This document shows positions 27,775 through 36,889 of a DNA stretch of 64,000 nucleotides, piece by piece. This DNA comes from a virus. The stretch's first letter is position 1. The number at the start of each line of letters is the position of its first letter. The stretch is from IMG/VR virus record IMGVR_UViG_3300025840_000015, positions 32,001 to 96,000 of that record. The stretch is one strand, 5' to 3'. The position numbers and the translations under genes were made by a program. The notes under the pieces are model-generated. The model was not told the origin of the DNA. It did not search any database and saw nothing but the letters and a program-made list of their open reading frames with translations.

Positions 27775-28479
27775 ATGTCAGGCGCCATTTACCTCATAAT
27801 CAACAAACAAAATGGACACAAATACATAGGAAAAACCACAGATTCAATAGATTCTGCCTGGAAAGAGCATATTATCCTATCAAATCGTATGGATAGGAAT
27901 CCACTACATCTTGCTCTTCGTAAGTATAAACCTCACATGTTTTTACTTAAACCAATAGAGGATGTAGATAATAATTTAGATGAAAGATATGATTATTGGT
28001 TAGATAGATATAATCCAGAATACAATTCTAACTCCTTTACTGATGAGAATACTGAAGTTAAAACAATTGAAGTAAAGAAAGAAATAGTTTCTACCCCCAA
28101 AAAGAAGTCTAAAAGACCAGAAAAAACCAAGGGATACACAATACAAGGTATGAATCTGGCAACTGGTGAGATTAGAACATGGGAATCTGCCAGGGAGGCA
28201 GCACGTGATATTACTGGTGATGCAAAGAAGAATTCAAATATATTACGATGTGCTCGTAATGGATATAAGTATTATGATCATGTATGGAAAATTATTGAAG
28301 ACTTTAGATTCAGAAAAGTGAAGGCGGTAAATAGAAAAACATGGCAGGAATTTCACTTTGACAATATAGCAGATGTATTTAAAAAGACCGGTGTTAAAAG
28401 AGATCCACGTTTAAAGAAAGTATTAGAAAGTAATGGTAGATTAACATGGAAAGGATATATGTGGTTCTATACGGAGTAA
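27775..28479 (+). CDS. GIY-YIG domain protein with two NUMOD1-like HTH domains (probably catalytically impaired)
   Basis: GAIYLIINKQNGHKYIGKT...EYN; WESAREAAR and FDNIADV repeats. Confidence 0.85.
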   Translation: MSGAIYLIINKQNGHKYIGKTTDSIDSAWKEHIILSNRMDRNPLHLALRKYKPHMFLLKPIEDVDNNLDERYDYWLDRYNPEYNSNSFTDENTEVKTIEVKKEIVSTPKKKSKRPEKTKGYTIQGMNLATGEIRTWESAREAARDITGDAKKNSNILRCARNGYKYYDHVWKIIEDFRFRKVKAVNRKTWQEFHFDNIADVFKKTGVKRDPRLKKVLESNGRLTWKGYMWFYTE

Positions 28480-28483
28480 ACAA

Positions 28484-28654
28484 ATGAAACGCCCATTAAA
28501 CACATGTTTTGATTGCGACTATACATGGTATCCACGTGGTCATTATATAAGTAAACACTGTCCCCATTGTGGTTCTAATAACGTAGGCATACAATACATA
28601 CAAATAATCCCACTACTGTTAATAGTGGGACTACTGTTGTTTATTTTAATTTAA
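28484..28654 (+). CDS. zinc-ribbon plus transmembrane small protein (56 aa)
   Basis: MKRPLNTCFDCDYTW...CPHCGS...IIPLLLIVGLLLFILI. Confidence 0.6.
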   Translation: MKRPLNTCFDCDYTWYPRGHYISKHCPHCGSNNVGIQYIQIIPLLLIVGLLLFILI

Positions 28655-28656
28655 TT

Positions 28657-28884
28657 TCAATCCTCGAACCTTTCGTTCCATTTACCATGAAACTTTTGCA
28701 TAATACCCTCAATCATTTTGTGCCTTTTGGAAAGATATGATTCTGGGTCCATGTTATGCAGTTCGGTGATATTACCAAATGAAAAGAACATAGAATCCAG
28801 TGTATGACACATGATCTCATTCATAATCTCATGTTCTTCAACAGTAAATGTGAGCGCAATGTCATGCTCTTTCATGGTCTTCAT
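28657..28884 (-). CDS. hypothetical protein
   Basis: ORF track; tiles with neighbours. Confidence 0.65.
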   Translation of the reverse strand: MKTMKEHDIALTFTVEEHEIMNEIMCHTLDSMFFSFGNITELHNMDPESYLSKRHKMIEGIMQKFHGKWNERFED

Positions 28885-29095
28885 GTTTAGATTTCCTTGA
28901 TTTTGTTTTAACTAATTGGTCAATTTGATTCCGATAACATAATACCAGAACATGATACTTTTGATGTATGGATGGATCCGGCATTGGCGTTGTTGAAACT
29001 TCTATCGTAATATATTCAGTTCCAACATGATAAACCCATCCCTCAATGTTTTGTTGTTCCCAGACAACATAATCATTTTCTTTTGGACTATACAT
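28862..29095 (-). CDS. conserved cyanophage hypothetical protein
   Basis: YSPKENDYVVW...EGWVY...YITIE. Confidence 0.7.
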   Translation of the reverse strand: MYSPKENDYVVWEQQNIEGWVYHVGTEYITIEVSTTPMPDPSIHQKYHVLVLCYRNQIDQLVKTKSRKSKHEDHERA

Positions 29096-29255
29096 CCCTC
29101 ACTGCACGTAGATAATTAGGATTAATTCCACGTCCAACATATTCTGACAATAGTGCATCACATCGTTCCCGTGTTAATTGTCTTGCAGATGGATCAATTA
29201 GTTCCCATCCATTCGTATAAAGTTCTTCAATACGATAAAGAATTGTTTCAGTCAT
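29088..29255 (-). CDS. hypothetical protein (55 aa)
   Basis: MTETILYRIEELYTNGWELID...GINPNYLRAVRDV; fills the gap between track ORFs. Confidence 0.7.
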   Translation of the reverse strand: MTETILYRIEELYTNGWELIDPSARQLTRERCDALLSEYVGRGINPNYLRAVRDV

Positions 29256-29482
29256 GTCGTAAACTCCGATACAATACCAGACTCATGATCACCATCCAAG
29301 GGATACACTAGAGCACTCTGAATACTTGGCATGATGTTATGCACATAGGTATCATCATAAGTATCTGACGACGAGAGAATATCAAATACCTCCGAATCGT
29401 TCTCTCCAATTACGGCAACAATACCGCCATATTCAGAACTTGGAAATGGAACCCAATAATCCACCAGATAGATGTTTTTCAT
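29252..29482 (-). CDS. conserved cyanophage hypothetical protein
   Basis: YLVDYWVPFPSSEYGG motif. Confidence 0.75.
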   Translation of the reverse strand: MKNIYLVDYWVPFPSSEYGGIVAVIGENDSEVFDILSSSDTYDDTYVHNIMPSIQSALVYPLDGDHESGIVSEFTT

Positions 29483-29530
29483 TAGTTCAGTTAAATTACC
29501 ATGTCAGTTTAGTTTAGTTTGTTTGATTTG

Positions 29531-29707
29531 TCAAATAATGAATTCGGACAAATAATAATCAACGGTGATCTCCAGTTTTTCCGCCTGGCGTTCATAGAAC
29601 ATCTTCATCTCTTGACGATCATGATAATCATCAATCTCCTGTTCGGCATGTTCCATGAAGTCCTGCCATGCACGAATGAACATTTCAATTTCCTTTTGTT
29701 CCATCAT
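29531..29707 (-). CDS. hypothetical protein
   Basis: C-terminal AEKLEITVDYYLSEF; likely start MMEQKE. Confidence 0.6.
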   Translation of the reverse strand: MMEQKEIEMFIRAWQDFMEHAEQEIDDYHDRQEMKMFYERQAEKLEITVDYYLSEFII

Positions 29708-30113
29708 TAAATTGTTTGTAAAGAACAGTTTCAAGTAGTGCCGCCTCTTTTTCATGTGGTTGATCCTCATATGAAAGATCCTCCACACTGACCAGATTAT
29801 AACACAATCTACCACGTCGGTAGGTCAGTTTACCATCAATCCATTGTGATACATGCACCATCTCATGTAACAATACCCGAACATAATCCTCGGCATCCAG
29901 ATAGGTCTGAATCTCAATTAGAAAATCTCTGGGATTCTTGGATTTGGCATCAACCACATCACAATAACCCCAGACATGTTCACGCTTTAATCCACGGTGC
30001 AATACATTAATCGTCACAAAATAATCGGGATAATAAGTTTCCAAATACCATGCAATTACATTCTCACATAGTTTCTTGGAATAACCATATCCCTCATGTA
30101 AAATTAATGTCAT
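29685..30113 (-). CDS. HExxH zinc metallopeptidase-like protein
   Basis: LLHEMVHVSQ plus downstream YEDQPHEKEA. Confidence 0.75.
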   Translation of the reverse strand: MTLILHEGYGYSKKLCENVIAWYLETYYPDYFVTINVLHRGLKREHVWGYCDVVDAKSKNPRDFLIEIQTYLDAEDYVRVLLHEMVHVSQWIDGKLTYRRGRLCYNLVSVEDLSYEDQPHEKEAALLETVLYKQFNDGTKGN

Positions 30114-30204
30114 GTTAAAATGGCGAAAAACAATCGTGTCATCCAGTTCATGAAAATAAAGAAACTGGAAACAAACATAATCTTTTCAAGTCGTGATAAC
30201 ATCA

Positions 30205-30459
30205 TTAGTAATAGTGCCTTCTACAGGGAACATTTTCATACCATGTTCTTACATAACCCGATCTCCATCTGTTACCGGGAATATATTCCTCCCGGCGGAC
30301 TCTCTTGGTGCAATGAACATGACGATGATGATGACGATGACGTGATCTGTGATCACTATCCTCCTCTACAAATGGTTCCCAAAATTGTTGCCATGTGATG
30401 GCATTTGCCGGGGAACATAAAAGAATACCCGAAATTGCCAGGACTAATAGTTTTTCCAT
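30205..30459 (-). CDS. signal-peptide-bearing hypothetical protein
   Basis: MEKLLVLAISGILLCSPANA signal; His/Arg tract; paired Cys. Confidence 0.7.
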   Translation of the reverse strand: MEKLLVLAISGILLCSPANAITWQQFWEPFVEEDSDHRSRHRHHHRHVHCTKRVRREEYIPGNRWRSGYVRTWYENVPCRRHYY

Positions 30460-30761
30460 TTATCATCCAAATGATCTAAATGATTTAGTCTGGAACTGAA
30501 CAGTGAAAAACATGCCCATGCAACTCCAAGTGAAATGATCAGAAAATAGATCATGCGGCATCATCCATGTGATCATCAACCAGTGATGAATCAGGAAGAT
30601 TGTTGATCCGAGACTTCATTCGATTCATCTTGGAAATCTCCCATCCGTTCATTTCTGCATCATGCACCACACCATCCAATTGGCGGCGCTCGCTTTCCGT
30701 ATGATAATGACGATAATCGTTCATGATTCATCTCCTCAGATAACATGTTCATTATAACACA

Positions 30762-31253
30762 TCATTTCTGATAAAGGTATCCTCCAGACCAATCGGCATT
30801 TTCAAACAGATACTCACGATCTTCGATCAATCGCAAATCATAACGAACTCCCTTGGCAGGAGACTTCCATGATGCAGACTTATAAACTTCACCGGTCTTA
30901 CGATCCACAAAACAATGCACGGAACGTTGACCACCACCATCAATGAATACAATCTTGTGATATTTCTTACCGCTCACAATCTCATAATCAATGTCACATC
31001 CACCATTCTTCAGTTCAACAATCTTATTAAGATGATACTGATACGTGGCAGAATTAGGATCCTGCTCCGGTGCGGCAGCATTTAGAATAGAACGCTCGTG
31101 ACCACGAATTGCATAATCACGATAGTTATCCTTCAGGGCATCAATCAGCATCAGAGACCACTTACGAACATTCAGTTCAATGGTGTTCCTGGCATCCTGC
31201 TGGGATGCATATTCTGCGAAGGTTGGATTGGGAAGTGAGATCATGGTGATCAC
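30762..31253 (-). CDS. conserved T4-like phage hypothetical protein
   Basis: KKYHKI...SVHCFVDRKTGEVYKSASWKSPAKGVRY motif. Confidence 0.8.
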   Translation of the reverse strand: MITMISLPNPTFAEYASQQDARNTIELNVRKWSLMLIDALKDNYRDYAIRGHERSILNAAAPEQDPNSATYQYHLNKIVELKNGGCDIDYEIVSGKKYHKIVFIDGGGQRSVHCFVDRKTGEVYKSASWKSPAKGVRYDLRLIEDREYLFENADWSGGYLYQK

Positions 31254-31269
31254 CCTTGATTACCTCCAT

Positions 31270-31329
31270 ATTATAAGGACTCACAAGGCGCTTCGGCAAT
31301 GCCGTTGTGACAGTTCTTCATGTGGACAC
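31270..31329 (-). promoter_or_regulatory. early promoter with GTG..CAC dyad
   Basis: TATAAT at 31270-31275; dyad GTGACAGTTCTTCATGTGGACAC at 31307-31329, 31 bp upstream. Confidence 0.7.
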
Positions 31330-31330
31330 T

Positions 31331-31364
31331 AAAAAGCGCCCTGAAGAGTCTCAGAGCGCTTTTT
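31331..31364. terminator. bidirectional intrinsic terminator
   Basis: AAAAAGCGC...GCGCTTTTT. Confidence 0.7.
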
Positions 31365-31373
31365 GTGGAAGGA

Positions 31374-31520
31374 TTAGCGAGCATATCTACATTTTGGATT
31401 CTCCATCTGTTCGGCACAAATAGAATCATATGCATCCAACATCTTCATATCTCTATTTGAGAGAAATGAATTATACATCAAAATACCAATTACGGCAAGA
31501 AAAATGTAAGAGGTTTTCAT
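31374..31520 (-). CDS. small membrane-anchored protein (48 aa)
   Basis: MKTSYIFLAVIGILMYNSFLSNRDMKMLDAYD... Confidence 0.6.
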   Translation of the reverse strand: MKTSYIFLAVIGILMYNSFLSNRDMKMLDAYDSICAEQMENPKCRYAR

Positions 31521-31522
31521 TT

Positions 31523-31681
31523 TCAATCAATGTCGGTGTAAAGAAACTTGTTATCTGGAAAAATACCCATTTCTTCGCATCGCACTTCATAGGCAATTCG
31601 CTTTAGCAACTGCAAATCATAATTTTCAATGCTTTTAATCATGGTGCGACGAATCTGGGCAGTTTGAGTGTCGTCTTTCAT
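31523..31681 (-). CDS. hypothetical protein (52 aa)
   Basis: MKDDTQTAQIRRTMIKSIENYDLQLLKRIAYEVRCEEMGIFPD... Confidence 0.65.
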   Translation of the reverse strand: MKDDTQTAQIRRTMIKSIENYDLQLLKRIAYEVRCEEMGIFPDNKFLYTDID

Positions 31682-31684
31682 GGT

Positions 31685-31849
31685 TCAGAGAGATTCGATG
31701 ATGGCGCGACGTGCTTGCATCGCGGTAAATTGATTGGGGAAAGTTGCGATCTTGGTGAAATCGTCTCTCCAGTATAGTGCCCATTTGGAGGTTCCCAGCA
31801 TTGCTTGAACCTTGATGGGATTGTCGATTCCCAGTGGATAGGGTTTCAT
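31685..31849 (-). CDS. hypothetical protein (54 aa)
   Basis: MKPYPLGIDNPIKVQAMLGTSKWALYWRDDFTKIATF... Confidence 0.65.
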   Translation of the reverse strand: MKPYPLGIDNPIKVQAMLGTSKWALYWRDDFTKIATFPNQFTAMQARRAIIESL

Positions 31850-31980
31850 GGGGTTGCCTCCCTTGATTTCCTAATAATACATGATCCATGCCATGCCACA
31901 ACCACCAATGGACCAGTCCAAAAACTGGCACAAAAAAAGGAAGACTCTCGCCTTCCTCTGATAATGATTTCAGTAAAGAA

Positions 31981-32145
31981 TTACCGATTATGCAACTCTT
32001 TAAGAGACCGAACATAGAATTCCGTAAACCTTTCCATTCTTGTTGGACAAACAGTGCTTGGATCAAAATTGATGGCATTTTTAAGTGCCATCATCTCAAT
32101 CATTTCATCATCCGTTAATTGACCTGCTTTTATAGGAAGAGACAT
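31981..32145 (-). CDS. hypothetical protein (54 aa)
   Basis: MSLPIKAGQLTDDEMIEMMALKNAINFDPSTVCPTRMERFTE... Confidence 0.6.
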   Translation of the reverse strand: MSLPIKAGQLTDDEMIEMMALKNAINFDPSTVCPTRMERFTEFYVRSLKELHNR

Positions 32146-32243
32146 GGTGGAATGCCCGATTGTGTTGAAATCATAACATTAGTTATGCATAATGGACTGT
32201 TTCTTAATAATCATTTAATTATATTGTTACAGTCCTTAATAAT

Positions 32244-32510
32244 TTATACAACTACCCCTATTTTTGAATTGTAATACTTATTGATCACTCTGGTTACAAA
32301 CTCATAACACTTTATATCACAAAAACCATAATCATGGCAATTGTCTTCAAGATATGCATATATCTTCTCCTGTGCTCTTACAGGAGAAGTAGTTGTATTG
32401 AATACTTCTAAAATATATTCGTTTATTTCTTTTATAGTTAAGTTAGAAACATCGCGTGAACACTGCCACTCCTCTCTGGCAATTAGAATCTTATTTTTGG
32501 AAATGATCAT
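32244..32510 (-). CDS. hypothetical protein
   Basis: ORF track. Confidence 0.6.
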   Translation of the reverse strand: MIISKNKILIAREEWQCSRDVSNLTIKEINEYILEVFNTTTSPVRAQEKIYAYLEDNCHDYGFCDIKCYEFVTRVINKYYNSKIGVVV

Positions 32511-32549
32511 GACTGTAATATATCTTTAAAATTATATATTTAATTGCAA

Positions 32550-33161
32550 TCAATTATTAAAAAGATTCATAAAAATACCATCAGCACAATACATCCAACC
32601 TGTAGAAATATATTTTGTATTGGAAATTGGAGGAAGTCCTTGATGATGATATTCCCAAGTTGCCGGAAACAACAATATTTTTCCTTCTTTTGGTTTTACT
32701 GACTTTCCATTAATAAATTGAGTTTTTCCTCCTTCATAAACATCATTCAAATACCAAATATAGGTTAAAAATCTCCATCCCGGCGCTTCAGTAGCAGAAT
32801 CATGATGTATTTTATAAAATTCATTAACTTTTGTTCTCTGTATCTGATATCCACTATCAGATTGCATTCCATAATCTGGAACTTTAAAATTGGGATTTAG
32901 TGATTTTACTTTATCTCTATACTCTCCAACAGCATCTAGTAAAGAATTATAAAAAATCTCATCTTCTTCTTCCCAACCATCAAGATTAGTAATTAAAAGA
33001 TCCCATGATCTTTTAATATCAAGATCTACTCCTTTACCTGTAAGTCCTTGAAATTTACGTTCATCCTTTTCAAATTTATCAATTACATGTGAACAAAAAT
33101 CAGAATCAAGTGAATTTTTTTTCGTAAAAATAAGTTCAGAGAAATAATCAATTTTACTCAT
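32550..33161 (-). CDS. 2OG-Fe(II) oxygenase (prolyl-4-hydroxylase-like)
   Basis: HHD, RFLTYIWYLNDV.EGGKT.F, LLFPATW.Y.H.G, KYI.TGW. Confidence 0.9.
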   Translation of the reverse strand: MSKIDYFSELIFTKKNSLDSDFCSHVIDKFEKDERKFQGLTGKGVDLDIKRSWDLLITNLDGWEEEDEIFYNSLLDAVGEYRDKVKSLNPNFKVPDYGMQSDSGYQIQRTKVNEFYKIHHDSATEAPGWRFLTYIWYLNDVYEGGKTQFINGKSVKPKEGKILLFPATWEYHHQGLPPISNTKYISTGWMYCADGIFMNLFNN

Positions 33162-33376
33162 AATTTACCATCAACTGTTCCACTATATGATGATGAATCT
33201 CCCCAACCATCTTGTTTTGCCTTAAGATAAAATCTTGTTGCTTTAACACAGTTTTCTTTCTTAAGAGATGTTAGTATTGGATTTCCTTCTTTATCGTATG
33301 AGTTCCACATTTTCCAACGTGATTCTTCCACGTAAAATGCACCATCATCAAAGTATTCTTTTAGATCATCCATCAT
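33158..33376 (-). CDS. conserved cyanophage hypothetical protein
   Basis: ATRFYLKAKQ...YSGTVDGKL C-terminus. Confidence 0.75.
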   Translation of the reverse strand: MMDDLKEYFDDGAFYVEESRWKMWNSYDKEGNPILTSLKKENCVKATRFYLKAKQDGWGDSSSYSGTVDGKL

Positions 33377-33792
33377 TTATGCTCCCAAAAATCATCCCAT
33401 TCTTTCTTGGTAGTGATATCTAATTTAGCACGTTGATTGTAGTATTCTGCTTCACGAAGATTATACTCTTGACACTGTTGTTTTTCCTGATCCGATGCTG
33501 CTTTATCGCACATTGCATTCAGTTCTTCTTCAGTATAATTAAAGTGCGTAATGTTACTATCAGAACATGTAATACCTCCAGTTAAATTATCAGAAGGTCC
33601 ATTAATAAATGCCAAAACTGCTGCTGCTTTATCTTGTTTTTGCTTATGATAATCTTTCCATTCTTTTACAGCTTCATTTAGATCATAAACAAATGTCAAA
33701 AAAGAATAGTTATCATCATCAAGATACTCTCCAACTATATCAGCAAGACGATCCTTTATTTGTTGATGATGCAAATCAATTTCCTTTTTCAT
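33373..33792 (-). CDS. hypothetical protein
   Basis: ORF track; likely start MKKEID at 33792. Confidence 0.65.
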   Translation of the reverse strand: MKKEIDLHHQQIKDRLADIVGEYLDDDNYSFLTFVYDLNEAVKEWKDYHKQKQDKAAAVLAFINGPSDNLTGGITCSDSNITHFNYTEEELNAMCDKAASDQEKQQCQEYNLREAEYYNQRAKLDITTKKEWDDFWEHK

Positions 33793-34228
33793 TGAGTTTC
33801 TCCTCAAGTTCATCAATTCTAACATAAAGATCTTCAATTAGCGAAGTAAGGTTGTAGAAGTTGACTTTACCAACCTCATAGTATCCATTATCTGCTGTAA
33901 CTTCACTGAAGATTTGTCTCCATTGTGGTGTTCTTTCAGTCATTACAAGTGCCCATAGTTTTGTTGATAATAAAGAAATCTTTGCATTGATGGTTTAACA
34001 TTTAAACTTTCACAACATCTCAAATATGAAATGAATTCATACCAAGGTGCTGTAGGATCTGTGTCACTCATTATTTCAACCTTTGAGATTCTAAACCTGT
34101 TACTTCTACTCCTCTGGAGATCATTTTCATCATTGCTTGTTGGGCAGTTTGTAATTCAAAATAAACTGCCCATTTTTGCTCATCCATGTATTTGTAACCT
34201 ACTTTAGAAAATTCAACAGGAGATTTCA

Positions 34229-34456
34229 TCAATCGTCGTAAATTTTACATTCAAGTGCATTTGGATTTGCATCACAATACAATTCTAGTGGAGTTGGATC
34301 ATGAGTATCATCTGGATGATTCAACTTATATGCTTCAAGTTGTTCCAGTTCAGACTCAATGTGACGGCGACGTTGTGCAGAAATGTTAGGATTCTCCAGT
34401 TCATCCTTGTCCATTTCAATGTGTTTGTTGATATTTTCCATTGTTTGTATCGACAT
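34229..34456 (-). CDS. cp12: CP12 Calvin-cycle inhibitor (auxiliary metabolic gene)
   Basis: C-terminal PTPLELYCDANPNALECKIYDD signature. Confidence 0.92.
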   Translation of the reverse strand: MSIQTMENINKHIEMDKDELENPNISAQRRRHIESELEQLEAYKLNHPDDTHDPTPLELYCDANPNALECKIYDD

Positions 34457-34461
34457 AATAC

Positions 34462-34686
34462 TTATTTATTAAAAAACATACCAAAATTGCCACTATCTCC
34501 CTTTTTTCTAGACTCAAGTTTATCTAGAATATCATCAGTTGATCTGAGAGTTTCAATTTCAAAAATTAGTTTTGATAGTGTTGTGCATATTATAGGACGT
34601 TCTTGTCTTGCTGCAAATGCAAGAGCATTTCTGAGAGATGCTTCTGCTTCTTTCAAAGAATCATCTACAGTTTTACTAATTGCCAT
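34462..34686 (-). CDS. conserved cyanophage hypothetical protein
   Basis: SLKEAEASLRNALAFAARQERP. Confidence 0.75.
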   Translation of the reverse strand: MAISKTVDDSLKEAEASLRNALAFAARQERPIICTTLSKLIFEIETLRSTDDILDKLESRKKGDSGNFGMFFNK

Positions 34687-34808
34687 TTCAATTTCTCCAG
34701 TTTTTAATTTCTTCTTGAATGATGAGTTTCAGTTCTTCATCTGACATTTCATTCATCCATGACCACATTGGATCTTCTCGATCCCAATCAAAAGTAAATG
34801 ATCCATCA

Positions 34809-35165
34809 TCATTCAATGTTATCTTTAGACTGTTTTTCACGCTTTCTGACTGATTTTAGTGATTTAAGTTCAATTTTGATATTTTGATATGCTGTTTCAG
34901 CATCAATCTTACCACCAAGTTCCATGGCGCAAATCATATCGACTCTTGTCCCAAAATGTGCAAGTGCTCTTTCAAAATTGTCTAGATCTTCATACATACT
35001 GATTACAGGATTAACTTCATTATACAGAATATCTATACGTGAATCAAGTGAGTTTTCAAGACGATACAATTCATTGGTTGTTCCAACATTTTCCTCCTCA
35101 AGAATTTCTACTCTCCTTTCAAGTTGTGTTAATTTATTTCTCCAGAGAGATTTCCATTTTATCAT
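34809..35165 (-). CDS. conserved hypothetical protein (cyanobacterial-type family)
   Basis: FGTRVDMICAMELGGKIDAETAYQNIK; start uncertain. Confidence 0.7.
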   Translation of the reverse strand: MIKWKSLWRNKLTQLERRVEILEEENVGTTNELYRLENSLDSRIDILYNEVNPVISMYEDLDNFERALAHFGTRVDMICAMELGGKIDAETAYQNIKIELKSLKSVRKREKQSKDNIE

Positions 35166-35185
35166 AGCACTTTAAATCCAATAGG

Positions 35186-35371
35186 TCAAGTTGTTTTGTT
35201 TGATATCTTATACTGATTCTTCCTAAGTTTTAATGACTTAATATACTTTTGCCTGTGTTCCTCACATTGAAAGTAACATGTCTTTTCATTTCCATGATCA
35301 TTAAATACCAACTTCCATGTCATTGATGGATATGGAAACTTATCTTCTTTTGCTTTTCTAGTCATTTTCAA
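35186..35371 (-). CDS. hypothetical protein
   Basis: KTCYFQCEEHRQKYI motif. Confidence 0.7.
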   Translation of the reverse strand: MKMTRKAKEDKFPYPSMTWKLVFNDHGNEKTCYFQCEEHRQKYIKSLKLRKNQYKISNKTT

Positions 35372-35609
35372 GGTCCTTTAAATAATCAATCCACCATTGA
35401 GGATCTTTGGTTTTTTTCCAATTAGGAACTTCCATTCCTTTCTCAGAATAATATTCAAACAGAGCACTATCTATAATCTGTGCGGTCTCCATATTCTTCT
35501 TCCTCCTCATCAACGTCAGCATATGGATTTTCCACATAGGGTCCTCTTCTTCGTAAAGGTTCTTTTCTGACATAGGACTGTTCTTGATTGACTGCAGCAA
35601 TCCATACAC
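35358..35609 (-). CDS. hypothetical protein (true start probably METAQ)
   Basis: VPNWK...DPQWWIDYL. Confidence 0.55.
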   Translation of the reverse strand: MYGLLQSIKNSPMSEKNLYEEEDPMWKIHMLTLMRRKKNMETAQIIDSALFEYYSEKGMEVPNWKKTKDPQWWIDYLKDLEND

Positions 35610-35694
35610 TGAGTTTCATTATAATCCATATGATTGCTATTGGAAAAAAACAGGAAAGAAGAATTAATGTTTTCATCCGTCCAACTCCCAACAC
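35467..35694 (-). CDS. membrane protein
   Basis: hydrophobic N-terminus, acidic tail. Confidence 0.6.
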   Translation of the reverse strand: MLGVGRMKTLILLSCFFPIAIIWIIMKLSVWIAAVNQEQSYVRKEPLRRRGPYVENPYADVDEEEEEYGDRTDYR

Positions 35695-35873
35695 TTGTTA
35701 AATCTATCTCTTAATTGATTTAGTTTAACTTTTTCTTGATATTCTAAAATGTAACCATTTATTAACTTTTCTTGTTCAGTAAGTGAAATACGATGTCTGA
35801 GTTTAATGTCAATCAAATGAACCATATCCATGTAGAATTCATTTCCTTTTGCAATAAACTCATCGTAGTTCAT
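35673..35873 (-). CDS. hypothetical protein
   Basis: ORF track; overlapping start/stop coupling. Confidence 0.65.
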   Translation of the reverse strand: MNYDEFIAKGNEFYMDMVHLIDIKLRHRISLTEQEKLINGYILEYQEKVKLNQLRDRFNKCWELDG

Positions 35874-36118
35874 ATGATCTCTCTATTTTGAAAATATTGA
35901 AGAGTTTCTTTTAGACTTCCAATATGCTCATGATTGATTGTAATCTGAGGATATTCTGCATCTTTACCAAACTCTGCACGAAACTGACGATCACTAAAGT
36001 GAACACCAAGTTCATATTCAAGATATTCTCCACCTAAACTCTTGAGTAACATACGAATTCTCTCACATTCCTGACTACCGTCAGTATAAAGAATTGCACT
36101 AATCTTTTTATCAGTCAC
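35870..36118 (-). CDS. glutaredoxin-like protein (SxxC)
   Basis: LYTDGSQECER...YPQITIN.EHIG; probable GTG start at 36118. Confidence 0.75.
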   Translation of the reverse strand: MTDKKISAILYTDGSQECERIRMLLKSLGGEYLEYELGVHFSDRQFRAEFGKDAEYPQITINHEHIGSLKETLQYFQNREII

Positions 36119-36428
36119 GTTGCCTCCAATCATCTGGTCTTTCTTGACTAAACCATTCAGCAATTTCATCTGCAGATTTGAAACCAGTTTTATGGTTAGA
36201 TGGATCTGGATCTCCCAGACCCATCTTATTCATAAAATCATCCAAATCTCCCTCAACCATATCAGGATTAGATGCAGTTCTCCTTGCTTTATTCAACCAT
36301 TCTCTTGCAGTTGTATTTGACTTGGCAAGTTTTTCTGCCCAAATCATTTCATCTAGAGAAACTTCTTCTTGATTTACAATTTTATTACAAATTGCTTCAA
36401 GTTGAAGTCTATATTTCGTGGATAACAT
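36111..36428 (-). CDS. conserved cyanophage hypothetical protein
   Basis: MLSTKYRL...GLGDPDPSNH...DWRQRD. Confidence 0.8.
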   Translation of the reverse strand: MLSTKYRLQLEAICNKIVNQEEVSLDEMIWAEKLAKSNTTAREWLNKARRTASNPDMVEGDLDDFMNKMGLGDPDPSNHKTGFKSADEIAEWFSQERPDDWRQRD

Positions 36429-36447
36429 AATTCTTCTCTTGTTAAAT

Positions 36448-36723
36448 TTATTTATTTTGATATTCTTTCATAATTTCTTCTGCCATTTTAATTGATCTCC
36501 TCCAAATAATATATTTGACAATTGGATTCTTTGGATTGTTTAAAATCCACCAAATATGCTTTTTAAAGTAGAAACTAATTATCTTACTGGTGTAAGTTAC
36601 AAAAGATGCTACACTATTATCAGTAACAATTAAGTAAAGAAATATACTAAAAGTAAAATAACAAAAATAAATGTAATTGCTATTCATCTGTTCCCCCATA
36701 TAATCCGACTTCTTCCTCATCAA
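36448..36723 (-). CDS. membrane protein
   Basis: aromatic/hydrophobic N-terminal helix, NPIVKY motif. Confidence 0.6.
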   Translation of the reverse strand: MMRKKSDYMGEQMNSNYIYFCYFTFSIFLYLIVTDNSVASFVTYTSKIISFYFKKHIWWILNNPKNPIVKYIIWRRSIKMAEEIMKEYQNK

Positions 36724-36889
36724 TATTGTAAAGATATTCCAATACTTCTTTTCTCAAATCCATCAATTCTTGAAAACATCCTTGAGAGTATGCACATTGC
36801 CTAAGTTCAGAGTCTGGTTTTAACACGCTTTCAATGAAAAGTGCTCTTGCAAGAGATTTCTTTTGTTTTTTGTCCATGTTGGAAATCAT
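36680..36889 (-). CDS. hypothetical protein
   Basis: ESVLKPDSELRQCA...C..EL. Confidence 0.7.
   Translation of the reverse strand: MISNMDKKQKKSLARALFIESVLKPDSELRQCAYSQGCFQELMDLRKEVLEYLYNIDEEEVGLYGGTDE

Noticed and set aside
31635-32078. 147-aa track ORF
   Set aside because: Region is better explained by several short tiled ORFs in other frames (31523-31681, 31685-31849, 31981-32145)
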